Made by a program: the position numbers and the translations under genes. This document shows positions 43,828 through 53,335 of a DNA stretch of 64,000 nucleotides, piece after piece; the stretch's first letter is position 1; every line of letters starts with the position of its first letter. The notes below the pieces were generated by a model. That model was given only the letters and a program-made list of their open reading frames with translations. It did no database searches and was not told the origin of the DNA. The stretch comes from a virus (taxonomy: Duplodnaviria > Heunggongvirae > Uroviricota > Caudoviricetes), in the IMG/VR virus record IMGVR_UViG_3300028854_000008, positions 63,374 through 127,373 of that record. One strand, 5' to 3'.

Positions 43828-44925
43828 ATGATTGTTTTAAATAAACTGCTGAATGTCGAGACTTTGGAGCAATTAATTGCTGATGGATATATTTCTCGAA
43901 AATTTCACTCCAAATTTCCTTTGGCAATTTTGAACTATTCTCATAAAGCCAACTTTGATCCAAACTTGATATGGGGCAATGAGTTAAATTTCTGCCGAGG
44001 ATTGATTTACAATACTGAAACTTTAGAAATTGTTAGTCGTCCATTTTCCAAATTCTGGAACATTAATGATACTCGCCATCCTGAAACTATGGAAGAGAAT
44101 CTTCCCAACGATATTCCTCTAATCACATCAAAGATGGATGGGAGCATGGGAGTATTTTATCACTGGGATGGTGTAAATTATATTGCAACTCGTGGAAGTT
44201 TTGAGTCTGACCAATCAAATTGGGCCAATGAATGGCTTCATAAAAATTATCCTAATTTGATTCTTCCAAAAAATTATACTCTGCTATCAGAAATCCTTTT
44301 CAAATCTAATAGGATAGTCGTAGAATATGATTTTGAAGGACTTGTAATTTTGGGAGCAGTTCATAAAGAAACTGGCCAGGAATTATCACGTCAAAATCTT
44401 GTAGATTATTGCGATATTACTAATCTAAACATCGTTCAAGACCACACCAAGTCTTTATCTGAGTGTGTTTCTGAAGACTTACCCAATTTTGAGGGATATG
44501 TCTTAACTTATTCAAATGGGTTAAAAGTTAAAATCAAAGAATTGACTTATTGCACCCTCCATAAGATTATTACAGGTCTCAATCCTAAAGCAATTTGGGA
44601 ATTGAAGCGTGATGGAAAAAATGAAACTATTGATAGTTGGTTGAATGATAAAATAATGCCGATTGAATTCAAGAATTGGCTAAACAAGTGGGATGATCAA
44701 TTATCCAATGATTTCTACAAAATATTGATGACGGCTGAATCTATTTTTAATAAGCAACCAAAAACTAATTCTCGTAAGGAAATTGCAACATATTTCTTAC
44801 AAGGAGAAAACAAAGAGTATTCATCTATTTTATTCGGATTATTGGATGGCAAAGATGTTTCTCAAACAATTTGGAGAATGATTGAGCCAAAATTCAATGA
44901 CGTATTTAGAGAAGATGGAGAGTAA
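43828..44925 (+). CDS. rnlA: RNA ligase 1 (T4 RnlA-like tRNA repair ligase)
   Basis: Collinear blocks with T4 Rnl1: NFCRGLIYN, RPFSKFWNIND, motif I LITSKMDGSMGVFY, SEILFKSNRIVVEY, FEGYVLTYSNGLKVKIKELTY. Confidence 0.8.
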   Translation: MIVLNKLLNVETLEQLIADGYISRKFHSKFPLAILNYSHKANFDPNLIWGNELNFCRGLIYNTETLEIVSRPFSKFWNINDTRHPETMEENLPNDIPLITSKMDGSMGVFYHWDGVNYIATRGSFESDQSNWANEWLHKNYPNLILPKNYTLLSEILFKSNRIVVEYDFEGLVILGAVHKETGQELSRQNLVDYCDITNLNIVQDHTKSLSECVSEDLPNFEGYVLTYSNGLKVKIKELTYCTLHKIITGLNPKAIWELKRDGKNETIDSWLNDKIMPIEFKNWLNKWDDQLSNDFYKILMTAESIFNKQPKTNSRKEIATYFLQGENKEYSSILFGLLDGKDVSQTIWRMIEPKFNDVFREDGE

Positions 44926-44946
44926 AATCTCCATCTGATTTTTTAT
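44913..44946. terminator. bidirectional intrinsic terminator AGATGGAGA/TCTCCATCT + T tract
   Basis: Perfect 9-bp stem between convergent genes. Confidence 0.55.
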
Positions 44947-45350
44947 GTAATCCAATATTGATAAAACAAATTATCAGTTGTTGCTGGAACAGTTGTAAAT
45001 GTTATTGTTGTTCCGATTAAGGTATATCCAACACCAGGAATTAATGGAAAATTTTGCCATAAAATTAAAGTATTTGGTATTGGAATTGAAGGCAAAGAAA
45101 ATATATTATTTATGCCATCTTGACTACCAACTGGAACTCCAGCAACTGGGATAATATTTCCGCTTCCCTCAGACACTGTTGTTAAAATTTCTGTATTTCC
45201 AACAAATGGCGCTCCATCATCGATATCACCATTTCCAATAAAAAGTCTCTGAGAATCGATTGCCCAACCAAGTTCTCCAGTAGAAAGTTGCGGCAAATTT
45301 ATTTGCAGTCCGTGGCGAACTTCAATTTTGCTTGTCTGTTTTATGGCCAT
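44943..45350 (-). CDS. hypothetical protein (minus strand)
   Basis: AGAGGA SD before ATG on minus strand; convergent with rnlA. Confidence 0.5.
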   Translation of the reverse strand: MAIKQTSKIEVRHGLQINLPQLSTGELGWAIDSQRLFIGNGDIDDGAPFVGNTEILTTVSEGSGNIIPVAGVPVGSQDGINNIFSLPSIPIPNTLILWQNFPLIPGVGYTLIGTTITFTTVPATTDNLFYQYWIT

Positions 45351-45382
45351 TTGTTAAAATCCTCTATTGTATTTATTCAGAC

Positions 45383-45426
45383 TTGACATTTTGATTTGAT
45401 TTTGGTATACTGTATTTGTAGTGAGA
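45383..45426 (+). repeat. copy 1 of duplicated ~44-bp promoter unit ACTTGACATTTTGATTTGATTTTGGTATACTGTATTTGTAGTG
   Basis: Identical copy at 45645-45688; contains TTGACA-N17-TATACT. Confidence 0.7.
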
Positions 45427-45624
45427 AAGAGAGAAAAAATGGAAAGTGGAAAGTGGAAATATGTATGGTTCGATTTATCTTTTATTTTGTTCATCTTTGC
45501 ATGTACATTTTTGGCGTTTTTTCCTCCTATTGTGGCTGGATTTTGCTTGGGATTTTCTATTTTATGGGCTTTAATGGGAATTGGCGCAACTTTGCAAGAA
45601 ATTCTTGAGCATCTAAAGCGTTGA
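45421..45624 (+). CDS. small hydrophobic membrane protein
   Basis: ORF track. Confidence 0.4.
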   Translation: MRKREKMESGKWKYVWFDLSFILFIFACTFLAFFPPIVAGFCLGFSILWALMGIGATLQEILEHLKR

Positions 45625-45644
45625 TTCTATTCAACTTAAAAAAT

Positions 45645-45688
45645 ACTTGACATTTTGATTTGATTTTGGTATACTGTATTTGTAGTGG
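45645..45688 (+). repeat. copy 2 of duplicated promoter unit
   Basis: Exact direct repeat of 45383-45426. Confidence 0.7.
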
Positions 45689-45700
45689 AAAATAGGAAAA

Positions 45701-45838
45701 TATGAAATTTCTACTTGGAATGGTTATTGGATTTCTTCTGGTACTATTCATTTGGTTTTTCTTGATACCTGTCCTCGAATTTCTTGCAGTAATGGTAAGT
45801 TTGGCTATTATTTGCCTACCTAAGCACCGTTTTGATTG
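45701..45838 (+). CDS. small hydrophobic peptide (45 aa)
   Basis: ATG after second promoter copy; MKFLLGMVIGFLLVLFIWFF... Confidence 0.35.
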
Positions 45839-45968
45839 ACAAACAATTTGGATTCTGTTATACTAATTTTGTATTGTAATATTGCCTTGGATCAACGATT
45901 GATTGGCCAATGAGCAAAACCTCAACTGAGCAACAAAGTTGCTCCAAACCATAAAGGACAAATTATTT

Positions 45969-46529
45969 ATGAGTATTGTATTGGATGCACGCACTTTTTC
46001 GCACGCTGGCTCAACTCTTCACAACGGCACATATAAGGCCCGTTTTGCAAATCATCCTGCTGTTCGCACCAAGATTCTTACTGGAGAGGGACACACAGAA
46101 ATCGTTCTGGTTGAACTTCCAACTCCAATGAGCAAGCTTGAAGCAATTGCTTGGCTAAAGGAAAATAAGCCTGCTGGTGTAAATTTGGCATCACTTGATG
46201 CCAAGGAAAATTACATCAATAACCAGATTGCAACCATCACAAAGCAAAGTCTCCCAAAGACACCAAAGGTTGCGAAGGTGCCATCTGGTCGCAAGCGCGG
46301 TCGCCCTCGTCTGAGTGATGAAGTTAAGGCTGCTCGTCTTGCTGCGAAACGTGCTTCAAATCCAGTAAAGTCAGTAACTCCTGTAGTTGCTGAAGTTGTT
46401 CCAACTGTTGCAACCACCTCAAATCCTGTCGTAACTTCGATTGTTTCTGCTGTGAAGAAGTCGCGGTCAGGGTCAATTCGCGCCAAAGCTGCTTCTGTGG
46501 CTGCTGTAGCTACTGCTAATACAAAGTAA
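45969..46529 (+). CDS. AT-hook-containing basic DNA-binding protein (GC-richer)
   Basis: GRKRGRPR AT-hook, Ala/Lys/Val-rich C-terminus; promoter TTGACA-N17-TATACT at ~45835. Confidence 0.5.
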   Translation: MSIVLDARTFSHAGSTLHNGTYKARFANHPAVRTKILTGEGHTEIVLVELPTPMSKLEAIAWLKENKPAGVNLASLDAKENYINNQIATITKQSLPKTPKVAKVPSGRKRGRPRLSDEVKAARLAAKRASNPVKSVTPVVAEVVPTVATTSNPVVTSIVSAVKKSRSGSIRAKAASVAAVATANTK

Positions 46530-46583
46530 ATTCAAACACAGAGCCAGTAGAATTCACTTTCTGCTGGCTCTGAAAGGTTATAT

Positions 46584-46775
46584 ATGAAACTATTTTGGGG
46601 ATTAATTGAAACTGAGCCTAAACACAAACATACTTTTGATGGTGGTAAGTGGAATAATACAAATACATTGACCATGACTGCTTTTGGACAACCTGCTGGA
46701 AGCATCGATTATTATCAAAATACATGCTTGACTTGCGGAGAGTTAGTTGAAAAGGGATATAAAAGAGTGTCTTAA
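46584..46775 (+). CDS. hypothetical protein
   Basis: ORF track. Confidence 0.4.
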   Translation: MKLFWGLIETEPKHKHTFDGGKWNNTNTLTMTAFGQPAGSIDYYQNTCLTCGELVEKGYKRVS

Positions 46776-47014
46776 TGGAAGATTATCAAAAAGCAGTTGA
46801 ATTAAATTTGACAAAAATCGATAGATGTAGTACTGGTCAAGATCATCATCCAATGTCTGAGCGCATAATGAGATTTTTAGCGGAACATGCTTATAAAGAT
46901 CATAATGATTACTTTTGTTGGAAATTGGGCGGGGATGGAGATAACGGAGAAGAACTAATGTTTGAATTGGATACATTTTTTGAATTATTAAATAAAATTG
47001 AACATAAATTATAG
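46775..47014 (+). CDS. hypothetical protein
   Basis: ORF track. Confidence 0.45.
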   Translation: MEDYQKAVELNLTKIDRCSTGQDHHPMSERIMRFLAEHAYKDHNDYFCWKLGGDGDNGEELMFELDTFFELLNKIEHKL

Positions 47015-47020
47015 AGGACA

Positions 47021-47680
47021 ATGAATAGAGAAATTTTTAAACCTAAAGTAAGTTTGATTTCAATTACTCCAGATGCTGAAAAAGTTATTACTTATATTGC
47101 CAGAGTTTCAAATCCAGATAATCAAAATAATCCAAATATTGCAAAATTATTAAAATATTGTCTCGATGAAGGCCACGTTTCAATTTTTGAGCAAGCGTCT
47201 ATTACAATAGAAGTCGAAACACACTTGGCAATTGCAACTCAAATTTTACGACACAGAAGTTTTTGTTTTCAACAGTTCAGCCAGCGATATGCTGATGTTG
47301 GATTGTTAAATGAAAGTATTCCTTTATTTGAATTAAGAACTCAAGATACAAAAAATCGCCAAAATAGTTTAGACACACTAGACGAAAAAATAAAAGATCA
47401 ATTCTTGTTTAAAATAGAAAATCATTTTGTAGACGCAATGAGATTATATAATGAAATGATTGTATCAGGAATTGCAAAAGAATGCGCTAGATTTGTACTG
47501 CCTCAAGCAACAACAACTAGAATGTATATTACTGGAAATATTAGAAGTTGGATTTTTTATTTACGAGAGCGTCTCAAAGATGGTGTCCAAAAAGAACACC
47601 GAGATGTTGCAAAATTATGCCAAAATATTTTTATAGAACAATTGCCTGTCGTTTCGACAAGCTTAGGATGGAATAAATGA
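47021..47680 (+). CDS. thyX: FAD-dependent thymidylate synthase
   Basis: ThyX signature ILRHRSFCFQQFSQRY (RHRxxSxxxxSxR); size 219 aa. Confidence 0.9.
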   Translation: MNREIFKPKVSLISITPDAEKVITYIARVSNPDNQNNPNIAKLLKYCLDEGHVSIFEQASITIEVETHLAIATQILRHRSFCFQQFSQRYADVGLLNESIPLFELRTQDTKNRQNSLDTLDEKIKDQFLFKIENHFVDAMRLYNEMIVSGIAKECARFVLPQATTTRMYITGNIRSWIFYLRERLKDGVQKEHRDVAKLCQNIFIEQLPVVSTSLGWNK

Positions 47681-47955
47681 CTATTGAACAGCACGAAAAA
47701 ATTGTTGGAAATCGATTCACACTCACGCATTTAATTATCAAAAGAACCAAAGAACTAATGAATGGCGCTAGAAGTTCAAAATCGATATGCCAAAAATTTG
47801 GCATTCGCGGAGAAATTCCTAATCATCTAATGGCCAAAATTGCCTTGGAAGAATTAAGATTAGGAAAGTTACATTGGACTCAATCAAGTAATACAAATCC
47901 AGAACCTCTTATTTCAGATATTGCCAAGTCAAATAGCATTATTTTTGAAGGTTAA
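47677..47955 (+). CDS. hypothetical protein
   Basis: ATGA overlap with thyX. Confidence 0.45.
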   Translation: MTIEQHEKIVGNRFTLTHLIIKRTKELMNGARSSKSICQKFGIRGEIPNHLMAKIALEELRLGKLHWTQSSNTNPEPLISDIAKSNSIIFEG

Positions 47956-47984
47956 TAAAATTTACAAATTAAATTACTTTACAT

Positions 47985-48040
47985 ACATCGACAATCCAAC
48001 AATTAATGTCAAATTAGTGGCTAAATTGCTGTCTTAAAAT
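47985..48040 (+). pseudogene. orphan 3' remnant of a DUF4116 gene (encodes ..YIDNPTINVKLVAKLLS*)
   Basis: Matches C-terminal tails of 37642 and 53087 genes but lacks upstream repeats/start. Confidence 0.5.
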
Positions 48041-48044
48041 ATTC

Positions 48045-48102
48045 AAAACAAAGCACTTATTTTCTTATTGACAAATAAATTTATTTAGGATATTCTTTAT
48101 AT
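48045..48102 (+). promoter_or_regulatory. conserved promoter element copy
   Basis: AAAGCACTTATTTTCTTATTGACAAATAAATTTATTTAGGATATTCTTTATAT. Confidence 0.6.
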
Positions 48103-48768
48103 ATGAATGAAAAAGTACAAATGGCTGCTGTTCGACAATATGGTCGTGCAATTAAATACATCGACAAGCTAAGCGAAGCTGTGCAACTGGCTGTTGTTCG
48201 ACAATATGGTCGTGCAATTAAATACATCGACAAGCCAAGCGAAGCTGTGCAACTGGCTGCTGTTCAACAAAATGGTTGGGTAATTCAATACATCAGCAAG
48301 CCAAGCGAAGCTGTGCAACTGGCTGCTGTTCAACAAAATGGTCGTGCAATTAAATACATCGACAAGCCAAGCGAAGCTGTGCAACTGGCTGTTGTTCAAC
48401 AAAATGGTTATGCAATTTACCACATCAGCAATCCAAGCGAAGCTGTGCAACTGGCTGCTGTTCAACGAAATAGTTGTGCAATTGAATACATCGGAAATCC
48501 AAGCGAAGCTGTGCAACTGGCTGCTGTTCGACAATATTGTTATGCAATTCAATACATCGACAAGCCAAGCGAAGCTGTGCAACTGGCTGCTGTTCAACAA
48601 GATTGTTATGCAATTCAATACATCGACAAGCCAAGCGAAGCTGTGCAACTGGCTGCTGTTCAACAAGATGGTCGTGCAATTAAATACATCGACAAACCAA
48701 GCGAAGCTGTGCAAATGGCTGCTGTTCAACAATATGGTCGTCCAATTAAATACATAAGGAAAAGATAA
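48103..48768 (+). CDS. DUF4116-type tandem-repeat protein
   Basis: ~9.5 x 69-bp repeats. Confidence 0.7.
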   Translation: MNEKVQMAAVRQYGRAIKYIDKLSEAVQLAVVRQYGRAIKYIDKPSEAVQLAAVQQNGWVIQYISKPSEAVQLAAVQQNGRAIKYIDKPSEAVQLAVVQQNGYAIYHISNPSEAVQLAAVQRNSCAIEYIGNPSEAVQLAAVRQYCYAIQYIDKPSEAVQLAAVQQDCYAIQYIDKPSEAVQLAAVQQDGRAIKYIDKPSEAVQMAAVQQYGRPIKYIRKR

Positions 48769-48772
48769 TATT

Positions 48773-49393
48773 ATGATTGTAATTATAGGCGATGTTCATG
48801 GAAAATGGAATGAGTATAGTAAAATACTCAATAAATATCCAAATGAAATAAGTATTCAAATCGGCGACTGTGGTGTTGGCTTCCCAAAATCACCAGAATT
48901 AATATTACCAAAAAATGCATTTTGGTTTAGAGGAAATCATGATAATCCTGATACTGCAAAAAATCACCCCAATCATTTAGGAGACTTCGGATCAAAAATT
49001 ATTGACGGAATAAAGATTTTTTGGGTGGCTGGAAGTTGGAGCATTGATCAACAATTTAGAATTCCTGGATGGACTTGGTGGGAAGACGAAGAATTGTCAA
49101 TCAGAGAACTTGAAACTGCGATGGAGCAATATCTAAAAGTCAAACCAGATGTCATGCTAACTCATGATACTGCTGGACCGTTTGCATCCAAAATATTGTC
49201 AAAATATTCAATTATGGGTGACGGACTTGTTTATCCTACGAGAACTGGTCAAGCATTATCTGCTATGTTTGAAGCTTATCAACCAAAACTTTGGGTTTGC
49301 GGTCATTATCATGCTTCTGTTACTGAAATTATCAAAGGAACAAAATTTATTTGCTTAAACGAATTAGAATCACTGGAACTTACAAATGTTTAA
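48773..49393 (+). CDS. calcineurin-like metallophosphoesterase
   Basis: Motifs IGDVHG, QIGDCG, FRGNHDN, GHYH. Confidence 0.7.
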   Translation: MIVIIGDVHGKWNEYSKILNKYPNEISIQIGDCGVGFPKSPELILPKNAFWFRGNHDNPDTAKNHPNHLGDFGSKIIDGIKIFWVAGSWSIDQQFRIPGWTWWEDEELSIRELETAMEQYLKVKPDVMLTHDTAGPFASKILSKYSIMGDGLVYPTRTGQALSAMFEAYQPKLWVCGHYHASVTEIIKGTKFICLNELESLELTNV

Positions 49394-49512
49394 GAGTTTT
49401 ACATTTATTTCCGTGAAATCTTGTATAACTTGAACAATATATTGTATTATTGCAATGTTCACAAATTTTGGCATTTTTTATTTCTATTGCTTTTAATTAT
49501 TAAAAATTATTA

Positions 49513-49932
49513 ATGAATTGGAGTAGTATGAACTTACAATCATTTGAAATTATTAAAAAAAGCTATTATAATGATAATATTTCTTTAATTTTATCCATTG
49601 AAGAAATTAATACTCTTTGTGCGGCAGTAAATGAAGATCCGAGTTTATTAGCATGGATTTATAATTCCAATGATGATATTCAAATTGCAGCAATTAATTC
49701 AACATCAACAAAGGATTATAAAGATGGAAGAATTCTTCAAGTTATTAAAAATCCGTCTGAAAAAGTTCAATTGATTGCTGTCCAAAAAGATGGAGAATGT
49801 ATTCGTTATTTGAGGAATCCATCTGAAGCTGTTCAACTAGTAGCGATTAATCAAAATAAATTGGCAATTCGATATATTCGAGAACCATTCCAAAGTGTAA
49901 AAAATGCTGCAAAAATTTTTGTAGATAAATAA
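49513..49932 (+). CDS. divergent DUF4116-like repeat protein
   Basis: Repeats VIKNPSEKVQLIAVQKDGECIRYLRNPSEAVQLVAINQN. Confidence 0.5.
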   Translation: MNWSSMNLQSFEIIKKSYYNDNISLILSIEEINTLCAAVNEDPSLLAWIYNSNDDIQIAAINSTSTKDYKDGRILQVIKNPSEKVQLIAVQKDGECIRYLRNPSEAVQLVAINQNKLAIRYIREPFQSVKNAAKIFVDK

Positions 49933-50083
49933 TTATGAATTTTATATCTGAAGACGCATTACGTTATCGTGAATTAATGAAAGTATGGCACGATCAAACA
50001 GCGTATATCAATCTTTCTGGCATCAATGATCATCCAACATTTTATGAAATAATTGAGAATTACTCTTTTGAAGGAAAGAAACG

Positions 50084-50548
50084 ATGATTAAGTACGTGGC
50101 AGGATTTTTGTTTGATGAAGAGCAGAACCATGTAGCGCTGATTCTTAAAAATCGTGGCCCTGCGGTGCTTGTCGGAAAGTGGAACGCTATCGGCGGCAAG
50201 CGGATAGACAATCACGACTTGGGCCTCCCTGACGAAAGCAGCGCAGCGGCGATGTGGCGCGAATTCGCAGAGGAAGCAGGTGTCTATATCGAGAATTGGG
50301 AACCATTTTTGATTCTCAAGGCGAGGGGGCCGAACCCTGAATGGCAAGTGGATTTCTTCCACGCTTTCAGCACTGAAAAACTCGCTCAAGTTAAGACAAT
50401 GGAGCAAGAACAAGTGATGGTTTGGCACCTCGATGAGCTACCGGCTATTGTTCCTAATCTTAGTTGGATCATCCCAATGGCTCTAAACCACAAAAATGAG
50501 CATGTTTGGGTGTACGAAGTGATCGAAAAGGAAACTTTTGCAGCGTAA
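50084..50548 (+). CDS. NUDIX hydrolase (GC-rich, likely recent acquisition)
   Basis: Nudix box GGKRIDNHDLGLPDESSAAAMWREFAEEAGV; local GC ~50%. Confidence 0.75.
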   Translation: MIKYVAGFLFDEEQNHVALILKNRGPAVLVGKWNAIGGKRIDNHDLGLPDESSAAAMWREFAEEAGVYIENWEPFLILKARGPNPEWQVDFFHAFSTEKLAQVKTMEQEQVMVWHLDELPAIVPNLSWIIPMALNHKNEHVWVYEVIEKETFAA

Positions 50549-50711
50549 GGAATCAAGTATATAAGTACCAAATCCCAAAAATAAATTATAGATCAAAGTG
50601 AAATACTAGAAATTTGGTATATTTGAGGTAAAAATAATAATTACTTATAATTAAAAATTTAGGTTGAAAATCATTCCAAACTTTGTTATATGTAATTTAC
50701 TGGAGAAAATT

Positions 50712-50897
50712 ATGAGCAGATCAAAGAAAAAAGACGTTTTCAGCAAAGTGGCGGCTGTGAAATCAAACGCCCGTGATAGAATAGGTATGCCAAAGTCCTC
50801 TTTTGTCATTACTCCCAAAAGTGAAAAACCTGCTCGTTATAAGCCATCACTGAGAGATTTGCTGCGTGATGATTATGAAAATGAAGATAATAAATGA
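50712..50897 (+). CDS. hypothetical basic protein
   Basis: ATG after GGAGAAAATT SD. Confidence 0.4.
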   Translation: MSRSKKKDVFSKVAAVKSNARDRIGMPKSSFVITPKSEKPARYKPSLRDLLRDDYENEDNK

Positions 50898-51075
50898 ATC
50901 TAATTTATATAGTATTTGCGATTTTAATACTTATCAAATTGCCATTTGAAATCATTTCTTTTCGTCGTGATAAAAATGATAAGTTATTCAGAACAAAAAT
51001 TATAAATCATTGGATTACAACCATTGGGTTAATATTAGCTATGTTTATATTAACATTTCTTTAGGAAAGACAAAA

Positions 51076-51264
51076 ATGATATTTTTTCTCACAGTTTATT
51101 TGATGGTTGGTGCAGGAATATCTGCGACTATTTTAGATGGAGTCATTGATTATTTAATTAATCTTGACTCAACAAAGTATACAAATAATTTTTCATTGAA
51201 ATTATTTGTAGTTAGTTTAATTGTATTTTTTTGGCCAATTATTTTTATGTCTGGGAGAAATTAA
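51076..51264 (+). CDS. small membrane protein
   Basis: ATG after GGAAAGACAAAA; 2 TM. Confidence 0.4.
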   Translation: MIFFLTVYLMVGAGISATILDGVIDYLINLDSTKYTNNFSLKLFVVSLIVFFWPIIFMSGRN

Positions 51265-51975
51265 ATGCATTATATTCTTGCAAAATGTTGGAATAATCAT
51301 ACATGGGAAGGCAGAACAACTTCTCTGGAAAAATCAACATCTTTTAATAATCGAGGCGAACTAGAAAAGATGGTTCCTAGATTATGCCCAGAATGTGGCA
51401 ACGCATGTTATAATTATATTCTGGAATATAATGATCCATCATTTATTATTAATAAATTTAATGTTAGGACATTTGCTGGTGTTTTACATACAGATATTCA
51501 GGCCTTAAAAAATTATCCCAGTGATGAAATTTTGCGTGTTCTATATTCTGAAAATTTTGTAATTACAAAAACAGAAGGAAGTTATCCAACCAAAATCTAT
51601 TTAGAAAATAATAAAAAGCAAACTGCAATGATTGAATCTGAATATAGAAAAAAAATTGGAAAATTATATTTGGCTACACCAATAAATGATCCAATTATTA
51701 AAAAAATAAAAGCATCAGTAAAACTTGAAAACCAAAAAATAATAAAAACTAAAATTAAAATTACATCGATGCCAGATGTTATTGGCACTGATTTAAAAAT
51801 TGGAGATTGGGTTGCATTCGTTAAACACAACACTATTAATGTTGCAAAAATTATAAAATTCAATGAAAAGACTCTTGGATTAAAAGATAAAAAAGGGCGC
51901 ACATATTCTGCATATTCTCACAATTCATCTTTGTTAAACGAACAACAACTTTTAGTTTTTCTATTATCTAATTAA
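51265..51975 (+). CDS. hypothetical protein with N-terminal zinc ribbon
   Basis: CPECGNAC. Confidence 0.5.
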   Translation: MHYILAKCWNNHTWEGRTTSLEKSTSFNNRGELEKMVPRLCPECGNACYNYILEYNDPSFIINKFNVRTFAGVLHTDIQALKNYPSDEILRVLYSENFVITKTEGSYPTKIYLENNKKQTAMIESEYRKKIGKLYLATPINDPIIKKIKASVKLENQKIIKTKIKITSMPDVIGTDLKIGDWVAFVKHNTINVAKIIKFNEKTLGLKDKKGRTYSAYSHNSSLLNEQQLLVFLLSN

Positions 51976-52013
51976 ATTTAACCGACAGCAGAGAAGCTGT
52001 ATTGAAAGGTATT

Positions 52014-52894
52014 ATGCGAAAATTATTTACAATTATTATGTTGGCTATTGTATCATATGGAGTTATGGGATGTTCTGTTGCTACACCAGATGCTGGGCAT
52101 CAAGCAGTATGGATGGAAAAACCAATGTTTTTGGTCATGGCGGAGTTGATGCAAATCCAGTGCAAGCTGGGCGTGAATATGGTGCTTTTACGAGCGATGC
52201 TATTGATGTAAATATGCTACCTCAGCGAATGGATATGGAATTTGACGACATGATGACCAAGAGTGGTGTTCCAGTGAATTTTCATGTGGTCGCAACATTT
52301 ACTATTATTGATTCTGTAAAGCTTGTAAGCCATTATGGTGCTGACAGGGAATGGCTATCTTGGCAATGTCCAAAAGCTGGAGAGAGTTGCAATGGAGAGC
52401 CAGAAGGCTGGGGTTTCTGGGATCGAAACATCGATCAGCCTCTTCGTACTGCTGTTCGTGATTCAGTGAAGAAACGCGATATGCAAGAAATGGCAATTTC
52501 ACAAACTGCGGCAGATGTAGTTGGAGTTGAAATTTCAGCAGCAGCTATTAAAATTGTTCAGCAAACTGGAGTTCCAATTCTATTCTCTGCCATTAATGTT
52601 GGTCGTGTAAATCCTCCTGATGCTATTAAAAATTAACGAATTGAAACTGCTGCTCAGGAGCAGAGAGCAATTACTGAACAACAAACTAAGCTTGCTGAAG
52701 ATCAACGAAAAGCAGCAGAGCAAAGTAGAGCCAGCGCAGACAACGCTTACAGGAAAGATATGGAGTTGTCACCAGATCAATTTTTACAACTGGAACGTAT
52801 TAAGATGCAGCGCGATGTTTGCTCACATGGAACAACTTGCACATTTTTCATTAGCGGCGGGCCAAATCCAGTGATCGATGTTGGCAGAAAGTAA
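52014..52894 (+). CDS. SPFH/band-7 (stomatin/HflKC-like) lipoprotein disrupted by a frameshift (~52110-52130, A5 run) and an in-frame TAA (52634-52636); recoding candidate or pseudogene
   Basis: Signal peptide + lipobox VMGC in frame 0; SPFH core and coiled-coil continue in another frame through TAA (..NPPDAIKN*RIETAAQEQRAITEQQ..). Confidence 0.5.
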
Positions 52895-52907
52895 TTAAAA
52901 ATAACCA

Positions 52908-52942
52908 AAAAAATCCCAGCCAAATGGCTGGGATTTTTTTGG
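52908..52942 (+). terminator. intrinsic terminator AAATCCCAGCC/GGCTGGGATTT + T8
   Basis: Perfect 11-bp stem, long T run. Confidence 0.7.
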
Positions 52943-53029
52943 TTATTGAAAATTTTCCTGCTTTATCCTTTTCATAAATTTTCTACCAAAAGTAATATCT
53001 TTAGCTAAAAAATGGTATATTCAACAAAA

Positions 53030-53086
53030 TAAAGAACTTATTTTCTTATTGACAAATAAATTTATTTAGGATATTCTTTATATATG
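53030..53086 (+). promoter_or_regulatory. conserved promoter element copy
   Basis: Same 50-mer as 37592 and 48045. Confidence 0.6.
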
Positions 53087-53258
53087 GATGAAAAAGCACA
53101 ACTGGCTGCTGTTCAACGAAATGGTTGGGCAATTCAATTCATCAGAAATCCAAGCGAAACTGTGCAACTGGCTGCTGTTCAACAAGATGGTCATGCAATT
53201 GAATTTATCGACAATCCAACAATTAATGTCAAATTAATGGCTAAATTGCTGTCTTAAC
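53087..53258 (+). CDS. minimal DUF4116 protein (2 repeats, 57 aa)
   Basis: MDEKAQLAAVQRNGWAIQFIRNPSETVQLAAVQQDGHAIEFIDNPTINVKLMAKLLS. Confidence 0.5.
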
Positions 53259-53261
53259 ATA

Positions 53262-53316
53262 TTCAAAACAAAGCACTTATTTTCTTATTGACAAATCACC
53301 TAAAGTTTAGTATACT
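53262..53316 (+). promoter_or_regulatory. conserved element 5' half fused to different -10 region (TTGACA-N17-TATACT) driving CCA enzyme gene
   Basis: AAAGCACTTATTTTCTTATTGACAAATCACCTAAAGTTTAGTATACT. Confidence 0.55.
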
Positions 53317-53335
53317 TATTTTAGTGGAGAAAACT

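Noticed and set aside
52620-52874. ORF 52620..52874 and ORF 52002..52211 as independent genes
   Set aside because: The conserved SPFH protein sequence continues in the 52070 frame through TAA into 52637..52894; these two ORFs are frame artefacts around the frameshift and stop in that gene.
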